From positions 892 through 64,891 of the forward strand of contig CADCKR010000013.1 in assembly GCA_902802105.1 (NCBI GenBank): a stretch of DNA of 64,000 bases, written 5' to 3'. The position numbers were made by a program, and so were the translations under genes. The notes below the pieces were generated by a model. It was not told the origin of the DNA and searched no databases. It was given only the letters and a program-made list of their open reading frames with translations. Source of the stretch: an uncultured Ruminococcus sp. GTDB taxonomy: Bacteria; Bacillota; Clostridia; Oscillospirales; Acutalibacteraceae. Positions 15,996 to 25,069 of this stretch are shown piece after piece; within the stretch, counting starts at the first letter, position 1, and each line of letters starts with the position of its first letter.

Positions 15996-18638
15996 TCATT
16001 CCTCTGTGTTCTTGCACTTTACTCTGTTCATTTTGCAATAACGCTTTACATAGTTGTTTGTTGCAGAACAGAATACTGTAAGTGTGCGGTTTGAACCATT
16101 AAATGCGTTCTCACCAATATTTGAAACAGAATCAGGAAGAATAAGTGCTCTGAGTGTACCGCACTTGCTGAATGAACCGTAACCGATCGACTCAAGATGC
16201 TTCGGGATATTGACTGTCTTGAGTGAACCGCAGCCTGTGAATGCACCGTCACCGATTTCTGTAACAGCTTCGGGGATATTCACTGTGGTGAGCGCTTCAC
16301 ACCAGCTGAATACGCTCTTGCGGATATACTTGACGGATTCGGGCACTACTGCTTTAACAAGTGAACGGCAGCCGCTGAATACATTCTCCGGGAGTTCCTC
16401 CACCCCATCGGGAACGATTATCTCGACCAATGACTCACAGTTAAGGAATGCGTGCTTGCCAATGCTCTTTATTGTCGGCGGCAGCTTGAAGTCTTTCAGC
16501 TTTTCACAGCCGCTGAATGTGCTCTGTCTTATCCTTACGATACTTGCGGGTATCACGATAGATGCAAGCGACTTACATCCTGCAAAAGCACCTCTGCCGA
16601 TGTCAAGCAGACCCTCGGGCAGGTTTATAGTCATAAGCTTATCGCAGTTTTCAAATGCACTCTCACCGATCTTGAGCAGCGTAGAGGGCAGCTCGATCGA
16701 CTGGATATACTTATTTCCGGCAAATGCAGAATCTTCGATCATCTGTATGCCTTCGGGTATGATAACACGGGCGCCTGTCTTGGTAGAAGCTTCTGCTGCT
16801 GTATATACAGACAGGTTATCGGGCATATTTATAACAACATCGGAGGGATCTCCGCCCTGATCAGCAGTCTTGTCCCCATCAGTCTTCTCTTCGTGAGCAG
16901 GTTCCTCATGCTTTTCAGGCTGTGCAGGTTCGGCTGCTGCTTCCGGAGTATGCACCTTAGCTTCCGGTTCTGCGGGTTTCTCGGCAGGCTTCTCTTCCGG
17001 CTTCTCAGCGTGAGGTGCAGGCTGCGCCGGAGCGGGCTGTCCGGGCGTTGACATTCCGGGCATCTGCTGTCCCGGAGCGGGCTGTCCGGGCGTTGGCATT
17101 CCGGGCATCTGTTGTCCCGTAGCAGGCTGTCCAGGCGTTGGCATTCCGGGCATCTGCTGTCCCGGCATAGGCATTCCCGGCATCTGCTGACCAGGAGCCT
17201 GCTGACCGGGCTGCTGCATCCACGGGTTATAGCCCCAAGGCATCTGCTGAGGCATCTCGCCGTTCTGCGGCATCTGCTGCATCCACGGATTGTAGCCCCA
17301 AGGCATCTGCTGAGGCATCTCGCCGTTCTGCGGCATCTGCTGCATCCACGGATTGTAGCCCCAAGGCATCTGCTGCATATCGCTATTCTGCATCATCTGC
17401 TGCATCCATGGATTCTGTACAGTTGCTATCTGATTAGGCTTATCATTTTGTTCTTTCTGGTCGCCGTCCTTCTGCTCCTCTGCTGCAGGAGCCTCTTCGG
17501 TTTTTTCTTCCTCGGGTTTCTCCTCAAGTTTCTCTTCGGGTTTGTCCTCAGGCTTCTCCTCGGGTTTCTCCTCAGGCTTCTCCTCAGGTTTCTCCTCAGG
17601 TTTCTCCTCAGGCTTCTCCTCGGGCTTCTCTTCGGGCTTATCCTCAGAGCCGTCCTCGTCGCTGAAATCAAATATCAGGCGGCCGCTTGCATCTTTATAG
17701 GGACCGTTATCAGCCTCAGACTGATTTTCTTCCTGCTTTCTTTCTTCCTCGGCAGTCTCCTCTGTAAAGTCAAATACAGGAGGAGCGTGTCTTTCGCCGC
17801 TTTCGTCAACAAAGGAGAAGTGTGAACCGGCCGGTTTCTCAGGCTCCTTCTCAGGCTCCTTCTCAGGCTCCTTCTCAGGCTCCTTTTCAGGCTCCTTTTC
17901 GGGTTCCTTCTCAGGTTCCTTTTCAGGCTCCTTTTCGGGTTCCTTTTCGGGTTCCTTCTCAGGCTCCGGTTCATCATTTCCGGAAGCATTTACAGGCACC
18001 TTCGGAGGTGCGCCGTCATTATCTGAATCGTTGCTGTGGAAGAAATCAAATACAGTTGAGCGTGTTTCCTTATCCTCTTCATAATAATTTTCGGGATCGC
18101 CGTCCGTTCCGTCGGAAGACGCGCCCGATCCGATAAGACGCCTGTTGTTGGTATCACGGATATTTTCGGGCATCTGATGCATATGTATGTTTGGCGTTAT
18201 GCCGAACATAGGAACGCTCCAGTCAAGAGCATAAACGAAGCATTCTACAACATAGCTTGCCCATTTTTCAGCCATACAGGCGTCTGTGGTGAGCACCTTT
18301 ATAGACTGGAGTATTGCGATACACTTGTCGATCTCGGATTCGTCGTGTGCAAGATACAGCGCATTACACATACCCTGTTCGTAAGCATCAAGAAAGACCT
18401 TTCTTTCCTGCTTGAGGTCGGGAATGAACTCATCCAGCAGAGCCTTTAGCTGGATACCGTCAATGATAACATCCACACCGTAGGTCTTGACGATATACCG
18501 CAAGGCTTCCTTTGCATCCTGGAAGGTAAGCTTGTCTTCCTTTTCCTCTTCAAGCTCAGCACCGCAGAAAGGGCATCGTATAATAAGGCTGGCACGTGCA
18601 TTTGTTTTCCATTCACTGCCGCACTTTTTACACTGCAT
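15996..18638 (-). CDS. zinc-ribbon / low-complexity repeat / BspA-like leucine-rich-repeat protein (880 aa)
   Basis: N-terminal CKKCG..CPFCG ribbon, helical domain, (EPEK)n, (KPEE)n, NPWMQQMPQNGEMPQQMPWGY x3 and PGQQMPGMPTPGQPA x3-4 repeats; C-terminal ~290 aa of IP..v..IG..AF..C..L repeats (BspA/LRR_5 type); no signal peptide seen. Confidence 0.85.
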   Translation of the reverse strand: MQCKKCGSEWKTNARASLIIRCPFCGAELEEEKEDKLTFQDAKEALRYIVKTYGVDVIIDGIQLKALLDEFIPDLKQERKVFLDAYEQGMCNALYLAHDESEIDKCIAILQSIKVLTTDACMAEKWASYVVECFVYALDWSVPMFGITPNIHMHQMPENIRDTNNRRLIGSGASSDGTDGDPENYYEEDKETRSTVFDFFHSNDSDNDGAPPKVPVNASGNDEPEPEKEPEKEPEKEPEKEPEKEPEKEPEKEPEKEPEKEPEKEPEKPAGSHFSFVDESGERHAPPVFDFTEETAEEERKQEENQSEADNGPYKDASGRLIFDFSDEDGSEDKPEEKPEEKPEEKPEEKPEEKPEEKPEEKPEDKPEEKLEEKPEEEKTEEAPAAEEQKDGDQKEQNDKPNQIATVQNPWMQQMMQNSDMQQMPWGYNPWMQQMPQNGEMPQQMPWGYNPWMQQMPQNGEMPQQMPWGYNPWMQQPGQQAPGQQMPGMPMPGQQMPGMPTPGQPATGQQMPGMPTPGQPAPGQQMPGMSTPGQPAPAQPAPHAEKPEEKPAEKPAEPEAKVHTPEAAAEPAQPEKHEEPAHEEKTDGDKTADQGGDPSDVVINMPDNLSVYTAAEASTKTGARVIIPEGIQMIEDSAFAGNKYIQSIELPSTLLKIGESAFENCDKLMTINLPEGLLDIGRGAFAGCKSLASIVIPASIVRIRQSTFSGCEKLKDFKLPPTIKSIGKHAFLNCESLVEIIVPDGVEELPENVFSGCRSLVKAVVPESVKYIRKSVFSWCEALTTVNIPEAVTEIGDGAFTGCGSLKTVNIPKHLESIGYGSFSKCGTLRALILPDSVSNIGENAFNGSNRTLTVFCSATNNYVKRYCKMNRVKCKNTEE
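17034..17216 (-). repeat. 45-nt tandem repeat (~4 units) inside the CDS
   Basis: Units start at 17034, 17079 and 17124, with a degenerate unit at 17169; encodes PGQQMPGM(P/S)TPGQPA. Confidence 0.9.
17217..17420 (-). repeat. 63-nt tandem repeat (~3.2 units) inside the CDS
   Basis: CATCCACGGATTGTAGCCCCAAGGCATCTGCTG.. units start at 17217, 17280, 17343 and 17403. Confidence 0.9.
17507..17647 (-). repeat. 12-nt tandem repeat (~11 units) encoding (KPEE)n
   Basis: CTCCTCAGGTTT/CTCCTCGGGCTT periodicity. Confidence 0.9.
17836..17967 (-). repeat. 12-nt tandem repeat (~11 units) encoding (EPEK)n
   Basis: TTCTCAGGCTCC periodicity. Confidence 0.9.
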
Positions 18639-19172
18639 TATATATCACCGCCTTTTGTGGGATTTGAAATTATAACTACCAAATGAACAAACGGATCTTG
18701 TTATTCTCCGTAAGGTCAGGTACAAGAATATATAAATAATACCAAAAAAATCATGAAATTTCAAGCGCTTACTGTGAAATATTTCAGAATTTGCCGAAGC
18801 TTTCATAAAAATTGCTGATGCGACCGACAGAGAATATAGTGCAGGCAAAAAAGATGCCTTAAAAAAACACCTTGCAGAGCCCGCACAACTGTGTTCATGA
18901 TAGTGAATACATATAAGTATTATACTAATTTTTGTTGTTTTTTTCAATAAATTTTTTATAAATTCTATAAAATTTTTTGAAAAATATTGCACGAATTTTA
19001 TATATGAAATTTACTCATTTTGAACAATTACCAGTTTGCCGTAAAAAACACGGCCGGATATTATATCAGGCTGACAATAATTGTAAATAATTCCAATGAT
19101 TCATTGCAATATTTACGCTGATAGGGTATTATTATTTTACGGAAAATATTACTGCAATCGGAGAGATACCCT

Positions 19173-21449
19173 ATGAAAAGCGGCCTTTCGGAAAATATCA
19201 GAAGTAAATTTTTTTCATACAAAAGTGCGGCGGAGTTCTTTAAGGATATTGCCGGCGGACTTATCGTTGCGCTTGTGTCGATACCAATATCAATGGGATA
19301 TGCGCAGATCGCCGGCCTGCCTATGCAGTACGGATTATACGGTTCTGTGCTGCCTATTCTTTTGTTCGGTCTGCTGACAAGCTCACGTGATTTTGTTTTT
19401 GGTGTTGATGCTGCGCCTGCCGCATTGGTCGGCACGACAATCGCAGCTCTGGAGATCGCACCGGAATCGGATGAGGCAATGCGGATAGTCCCGCTGATCG
19501 CGCTTTTCGTATCCGGATGGCTGCTGCTGTTTTTCATCTTTAAGGCGGGCAGGATCGTCAGGTACATATCCGAGCCGGTAATGGGCGGATTTGTTTCGGG
19601 AATATGCTGTACCATAATCATGATGCAGATACCAAAGCTTTTCGGAGGTTCTGCGGGCATAGGCGAAGCTCCCGAGCTGATAAAGCACATTATAAATGAG
19701 CTTTCCTGCTTCAGCGGCTGGTCGTTTTTCATGGGGATGTGCGTTATATTCATTATCGTATTATTCAGGCATATCGCGCCGAAAATCCCCATGTCGGCAA
19801 TTATGATGGCGGCAGGTGTGGTGCTTGGCTGCTGCGCTCCTCTTGCTGACTGCGGCGTAAAGCTGCTGCCGGAGGCAGAGGCAGGATTTCCGCCGCTGAA
19901 GCTGCCGATCGCAGGATTTGACATTAACGAAATATCCGAGCTGCTTTTTGATTCCCTGAGCATTGCCGCAGTAATACTTGCCGAATCGCTCTTGGCTTCA
20001 AGGAACTGTGCCTCCAAGGACGGCTACAGGCTGGATCCCGACAGGGAGATACTCTCGTATTCGCTTGCAAACCTTGCGGCTTCACTTTCGGGCTGCTGTC
20101 CGGTAAACGGCAGCGTGTCCAGGACAGGCATAGTCCGCCAGTTCGGGGTAAAGTCCCAGTGGATGTCTGTTTTTGCCGCTGCGGGTATGCTGATAGTAAT
20201 ATTGGCGGCTGCACCGCTTATCGGGCTGCTGCCCGTGCCGATACTTACAGCTATAGTTATAAGCGCTCTTTCTGGTGCTTGTGAGTTCGGCCTTGCAAAA
20301 AGACTTTTCAGGCAAAGCAAGCAGGAATTTCTCATATTCATGGCAGCTTTCCTTGGCGTTCTGATATTCGGAACGGTATACGGAGTAATGATCGGCATAG
20401 TGCTTTCATTCTTTGCAGTAATAATAAAGGCTGTAACTCCTCCGAGGAGCTTCATGGGAGCGATACCGGGCAGAGAAGGCTTTTATCCTCTGGAAAGGAG
20501 CCGCGAAGCACGGCCGCTGAAACACGTTGTTATCTATCGCTTTGGCGGGAATATGTTCTTTGCCAATACCGAGGTAATGAAAAACGATATTGAAGCTGCC
20601 GTGAAGGATGACACGACCTGTATAATAATAAACGCCGGTGCAGTGAGCAGCATTGATACTGCGGCCGCAGAGGATCTGCTGCATATTTACAGGCATTACA
20701 GGAATAAAAATATCAGGCTTTATATGACCGAGCATATCGGCGCAGTAAACGACAGCCTGCGGCGCTTTGGCGCTGATGAGCTTATCAAAAACGGTGCAGT
20801 AAGAATGACGTCTGCCCTTGCCCTGCGTGATGCAGGCATACAAAAGCCCTATGAGCTTGAAGGCGGCGTATCGGATGATGTTAACGTACCGCAGGAAAGC
20901 GCCGGTGAAGAGAACGGATTGTTCAGCGGACTTCAGGCAGAGCTTGAATGGGCTCTCGGCGACAGTGCCGAGGAATTCAAGCGTGAGCTTACCGAGGAGA
21001 TATATCAGAGCCTGAAAAACGATGAAGAGCTTAGTGCTGTCACGGTAGAAAAGATATCGAGCCTTACAAGATGGGGCAGGCTGAATATGTTTGATGAGGA
21101 CGAGCTGCTTGACAGGCTTGAAACACGCCTGCTTGACCGTGCAATAAGACATCCGGAGCGTGCCGAGCGGATAGTTTCTGCGCTTGAGGAGCGCAGGCGG
21201 GTGATCGAAGCAAAAATGCCCGCTATGGATTCAAAGGTCATGAAGCGCATACGCATGAGCAGGCTTGAAAGAGCCGGCAGACTGTATAAAAACGATCCCG
21301 AGGCATTCAGGCTGAGGAACGAAAAGCGTATTAAATATCTTTCTATGCTGGACGAGATCAACCCGAAGCTTGCCGAAAGGTACAGAACTGTATATAAGGA
21401 TGTTCTGTCATTCTACGAGCAGAAGGACAGCGGACAAACAGAACGGTAA
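19173..21449 (+). CDS. SulP-family anion permease with STAS domain and a ~200-aa C-terminal extension
   Basis: GGLIVALVSIPISMGYAQIAGLP.QYGLY SulP signature, ~10+ TM segments, STAS (VVIYRFGGNMFFAN), then a charged helical tail to residue 758. Confidence 0.9.
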   Translation: MKSGLSENIRSKFFSYKSAAEFFKDIAGGLIVALVSIPISMGYAQIAGLPMQYGLYGSVLPILLFGLLTSSRDFVFGVDAAPAALVGTTIAALEIAPESDEAMRIVPLIALFVSGWLLLFFIFKAGRIVRYISEPVMGGFVSGICCTIIMMQIPKLFGGSAGIGEAPELIKHIINELSCFSGWSFFMGMCVIFIIVLFRHIAPKIPMSAIMMAAGVVLGCCAPLADCGVKLLPEAEAGFPPLKLPIAGFDINEISELLFDSLSIAAVILAESLLASRNCASKDGYRLDPDREILSYSLANLAASLSGCCPVNGSVSRTGIVRQFGVKSQWMSVFAAAGMLIVILAAAPLIGLLPVPILTAIVISALSGACEFGLAKRLFRQSKQEFLIFMAAFLGVLIFGTVYGVMIGIVLSFFAVIIKAVTPPRSFMGAIPGREGFYPLERSREARPLKHVVIYRFGGNMFFANTEVMKNDIEAAVKDDTTCIIINAGAVSSIDTAAAEDLLHIYRHYRNKNIRLYMTEHIGAVNDSLRRFGADELIKNGAVRMTSALALRDAGIQKPYELEGGVSDDVNVPQESAGEENGLFSGLQAELEWALGDSAEEFKRELTEEIYQSLKNDEELSAVTVEKISSLTRWGRLNMFDEDELLDRLETRLLDRAIRHPERAERIVSALEERRRVIEAKMPAMDSKVMKRIRMSRLERAGRLYKNDPEAFRLRNEKRIKYLSMLDEINPKLAERYRTVYKDVLSFYEQKDSGQTER

Positions 21450-21506
21450 CTTCAGTGATAAAAAAGCAACACAAAAAACTCCTGTAAAGTTTTGTGAATT
21501 TGTTTA

Positions 21507-21535
21507 TTGACAAATACGCAAATATAAAATATTAT
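21507..21535 (+). promoter_or_regulatory. promoter for the PAS-GGDEF-EAL gene
   Basis: TTGACA (21507-21512), 17-nt spacer, TATTAT (21530-21535). Confidence 0.6.
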
Positions 21536-21571
21536 TATTCTGTATCAGTATATATACCGGAGGGGATCAGC

Positions 21572-23806
21572 TTGAACACTGATATTTTTTATGAATATTA
21601 CGGCCGCGAAAAGAATGATCTCGAATCATCCGTGATGCCGTTTGTGATACTGCAAAAAATAGATTCCGATGTACACGTCATACTTATTTCGGACGGTCTG
21701 TGCAGGCTTTATGCAGCTGACCGCGATGAGGTGGCGCATACTCTCGAAAACAGCATCTACACCACTGTCCATCCCGAGGACGTGGAAAAGGTATCCTCCG
21801 CAATGGTAAAGTTTTATGATGAAGGCAGCCTGAATATAGTGTTCAGAAAGCGCCGTAATAATGTGTTCCGTTCTATTTATGCTCAGGGCAGCAGCTTTAT
21901 TACCGATTCCGGCGACAAGCTCCACATTATCTGGTTCGGCGATGTTACGGATATCGTCAATGCCGAAAAGATCAATACATACTACGACAAGATGACCACC
22001 CTGCCCAATATGTCGGCCTTCGGGGTTTTAGCCGAGCAGGAACGCCGCAGGATGCGCAGCAAGGGTATCATTCCGGCCTTTGTGTATTTTGACATCCGCG
22101 ATATGAAGGCCATCAATGAAAAGTACGGCTTTTCAAGAGGAAACGGTATTCTTTCGGGTACTGCATCGGTGCTCAAGGATGTGTTTGAAAAGGATGCGAT
22201 GGCAAGATTCTCTGACGACCACTTTGTTGTTCTGACCGGAAAAAGGCATCTTGAGCAAAAAATAGAGCAGGTAAACGATCAGGTGCTGCGCAATCCTATG
22301 GGAATACCGGTGCAGCTTTGCGCAGGCATATATATAGATGACAAGGGCGAGCTTGATATCTTTGCGGCCATTGACAGGGCAAGGATAGCCTGTAAGACCA
22401 TAAAGGGCGATTATACCCGAAAATATCACGTTTTTGACCGGGATATGTTTACCGAGTACCGTCAGCGCAGACACGTTCTCAACCACTTTGATGAAGCTCT
22501 TGAAAACGGCTACATAAAGCTGTATTATATGCCCATCGTCAGGACTGTTACGGGAAAGATCTGCGACATGGAAGCTCTTGCACGATGGATGGATCCTGAA
22601 AAGGGAATACTGCCGCCGTCGCAGTTTATTCCTGTTCTTGAAGATAACAGGCTCATAAACAAGCTTGATTTCTATATGCTGCGCAAGATATGTGAAAGCC
22701 TTGCAATACAGAAGCAGCTCGGTATGCCGCTGGTGCCTGTGTCGGTAAATCTGTCGAGGTCTAATTTTGAGGTCTGCGATGTTTTTGACGAGGTACTGTC
22801 TATCGTAAACGAGTATAATATAGCTCACCATCTTCTTACTGTAGAGATAACAGAAAGCGCCTTCATAAAAAATCAGCAGTTCCTTGCAAATCAGATAAAC
22901 CGTTTCCGTGAGGCGGGCTTCAACGTCTGGATGGACGATTTCGGCAGCGAGTATTCTTCACTGAATACCCTGCAGGAATACAGCTTTGATCTGATAAAGC
23001 TTGATATGCGCTTTATGAAAAATTTCAGCCTGACAGGCAAGAACAGGCTCATTCTTTCGGATGTGCTCACCATGATATCAAAGCTTGGCGTAAGCACGCT
23101 TGCAGAGGGCGTTCAGACAAAGGAGCAGCTCCGTTTTCTGCGTGACGCCGGCTGCGACAAGGTACAGGGCTTCCTGCTGGGCAAGCCGATGCCCTGTGAG
23201 CATTTCTATCAGGAGAGGATCTATAACGGCCTTCAATACGACGATTTTAACAAGACCTCTTATTACGATAAGATATGCACTATCCATCTTGACCCTCATC
23301 TGCTAATGTCTGACCTTGGCGGATTTTTCGGCGACACCTCTATCACGCCTATGGCTGTGCTGGAGTTCTCCAATTCAAGCTTCCGCATACTGAAAGCCAA
23401 CGGTGCTTATAAATCATTCCTTGAAGAGATAGGGCAGGATAAGGAATTGATCTATAACGATTACTATGAATGGTACAGAACACCGGCGCCGGAATTTATT
23501 GACTCTGTAAAGGAATGCCTTTCTTCACGCAAGAACGAGAGCATAGTAAATGTTGTAGAAAACGGTCTGAGGATATCGGCAAATATATCGTTTATCGCCT
23601 ATGATGCCAAGACAGACACGGGCGCTGTGCTTACGATCATCACCAAGCTCGACAGTCCGCTTCCGTCAGACGTTTCTGAAAGCACCGAAGCCCCAAAAGC
23701 AGAAGATACCGAAGAATCAGAAACGGAAGAACTCAAACCGGCAGACGCTGATGAAATAACATCCGATGAAACAGAAGCAGACGAGGAAGGCTCCGCTGCC
23801 GAATGA
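21572..23806 (+). CDS. PAS-like / degenerate GGDEF / EAL phosphodiesterase with an extra C-terminal PAS-like domain and acidic tail
   Basis: ORF 21494-23806; TTG 21572 after GGAGGGG; GGDEF site reads SDDHF; EAL motifs present (MEALARW, SVNLS, EITE, DDFGSEYSS, KLD, AEGVQT, QGFLLGKP). Confidence 0.85.
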   Translation: MNTDIFYEYYGREKNDLESSVMPFVILQKIDSDVHVILISDGLCRLYAADRDEVAHTLENSIYTTVHPEDVEKVSSAMVKFYDEGSLNIVFRKRRNNVFRSIYAQGSSFITDSGDKLHIIWFGDVTDIVNAEKINTYYDKMTTLPNMSAFGVLAEQERRRMRSKGIIPAFVYFDIRDMKAINEKYGFSRGNGILSGTASVLKDVFEKDAMARFSDDHFVVLTGKRHLEQKIEQVNDQVLRNPMGIPVQLCAGIYIDDKGELDIFAAIDRARIACKTIKGDYTRKYHVFDRDMFTEYRQRRHVLNHFDEALENGYIKLYYMPIVRTVTGKICDMEALARWMDPEKGILPPSQFIPVLEDNRLINKLDFYMLRKICESLAIQKQLGMPLVPVSVNLSRSNFEVCDVFDEVLSIVNEYNIAHHLLTVEITESAFIKNQQFLANQINRFREAGFNVWMDDFGSEYSSLNTLQEYSFDLIKLDMRFMKNFSLTGKNRLILSDVLTMISKLGVSTLAEGVQTKEQLRFLRDAGCDKVQGFLLGKPMPCEHFYQERIYNGLQYDDFNKTSYYDKICTIHLDPHLLMSDLGGFFGDTSITPMAVLEFSNSSFRILKANGAYKSFLEEIGQDKELIYNDYYEWYRTPAPEFIDSVKECLSSRKNESIVNVVENGLRISANISFIAYDAKTDTGAVLTIITKLDSPLPSDVSESTEAPKAEDTEESETEELKPADADEITSDETEADEEGSAAE

Positions 23807-23824
23807 TAATTATTATATAAAAAT

Positions 23825-23871
23825 ATGGCTGTGAAGATGAGATGCAGTAAACATCTTTTCTTCACAGCCAT
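23825..23871. terminator. bidirectional terminator
   Basis: ATGGCTGTGAAG..CTTCACAGCCAT 12-bp stem, A-rich before and T-rich after. Confidence 0.75.
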
Positions 23872-23930
23872 TGTTGTTATGTCGTTTTGGCACCAAGCCT
23901 GATCAGGAATTAGTATGAAAAACTGTCCTA

Positions 23931-24587
23931 TCAGAGCGATACGCAGCGCAGTATATCAAATGGAGAGGATGCAAGCCTGTCTGCGCCGTCAAGCTCGTGA
24001 GGCGCCGCAAATCCATACAGGCAGCCGACAGTCGGTATTGAATTTTTCTTTCCTACCTCGATATCCGATGCTCTGTCACCTATCATAATAAATGACTCAT
24101 CGGGATATTTGCTTCTTATGTGCCGGAATATATCTTCCTTTGGAATAAATGAATATTCCTCTGCGCAGAAGTAGTCCTCAAAATATTTGTCAAGCGATAA
24201 AGCCTTTCTGTGCGCATCCATATAGGCGCAGCGGCAGTTTGAGAGTATCATAAGGCGGAAGCCCGTCTCACGCAGCTTGTCAAGCACCTCGGTCACGCCG
24301 TCATACAGAACCGCCTGACCGTTAAGAATACCGTTTATCAGCTCCTCGCCTATCCTCATGCTTGCTTTGTGCTTCATTTCTTCGGGCAGATCAGGCATAA
24401 AGCTGTTCCACATATCCGGTGCATTGACGCCCAGATATTTTGACACATCATCGTCGGCGTAATAATGCTCAGGTGCGAAGCCTTCGGCAACAAGCATATC
24501 GTATCCCTTGCGGAAAGCGCAGCCGTAAAGATGCTTGGTGTTGTGAAGAGTACCGTCAAAATCAAATAAAAGTATCATATCATTCAT
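23931..24587 (-). CDS. HAD-superfamily phosphatase, translationally coupled to ribH
   Basis: LLFDFDGTL motif I, ILSNC motif II, GDRASD motif IV; its ATG overlaps the ribH stop (ATGA at 24584-24587). Confidence 0.85.
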   Translation of the reverse strand: MNDMILLFDFDGTLHNTKHLYGCAFRKGYDMLVAEGFAPEHYYADDDVSKYLGVNAPDMWNSFMPDLPEEMKHKASMRIGEELINGILNGQAVLYDGVTEVLDKLRETGFRLMILSNCRCAYMDAHRKALSLDKYFEDYFCAEEYSFIPKEDIFRHIRSKYPDESFIMIGDRASDIEVGKKNSIPTVGCLYGFAAPHELDGADRLASSPFDILRCVSL

Positions 24588-25054
24588 ATCTGCTTCATAA
24601 GGTTGACCATTTCGATCGCACCTAAAGCACAGTCGTAGCCCTTGTTGCCTGCCTTTGTGCCGGCGCGCTCGATAGCCTGCTCGATATTCTCGGTAGCAAT
24701 TACTCCGAAGAGCACCGGTATGCCGCTTTTAAGACCTGCCTGAGCAATTCCCTTTGTGGTTTCGTTTACCACAAGCTCATAATGTGAGGTTGAACCTCTT
24801 ATAACGGCGCCGACGCATATTACTGCATCGTATCTGCCGCTTTCAGCCATTTTCTGGGCAACTACGGGTATTTCAAAAGCACCCGGCACCCATGCCGCGT
24901 CTATATTCTTTTCCTCAACACCGTGACGCACAAGACCGTCTACAGCGCCTTCAAGCAGCTTTTCAACAATGAAGCTGTTGAACCTTGATGCGACCACGGC
25001 GACCTTCATACCCTCCGGCGCTACGACCTTTCCTTCGATAATATTGATATTCAT
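24584..25054 (-). CDS. ribH: 6,7-dimethyl-8-ribityllumazine synthase
   Basis: Full-length match to the lumazine synthase pattern (VASRFN..I...[19 protein letters not shown]). Confidence 0.95.
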   Translation of the reverse strand: MNINIIEGKVVAPEGMKVAVVASRFNSFIVEKLLEGAVDGLVRHGVEEKNIDAAWVPGAFEIPVVAQKMAESGRYDAVICVGAVIRGSTSHYELVVNETTKGIAQAGLKSGIPVLFGVIATENIEQAIERAGTKAGNKGYDCALGAIEMVNLMKQI

Positions 25055-25069
25055 AGCATTTCCTCCTCG

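Noticed and set aside
17034-17967. Regularly spaced direct repeats that could be mistaken for a CRISPR array
   Set aside because: The units are contiguous with no unique spacers and are 12-63 nt tandem copies in frame within a CDS. No cas genes or leader are present.
17112-18136. Multiple overlapping ORFs on both strands in the repeat region (17112-17825, 17822-18136, 17426-17671, 17675-17989, 17005-17223)
   Set aside because: They are artefacts of the tandem 12/45/63-nt repeats, which lack stops in several frames. Only the 880-aa frame links the zinc-ribbon and LRR domains.
18645-18992. 115-aa minus-strand ORF in the AT-rich intergenic region
   Set aside because: The composition-driven translation is rich in F/I/K/Y/S, there is no RBS, and the ORF abuts the start of the 880-aa gene.
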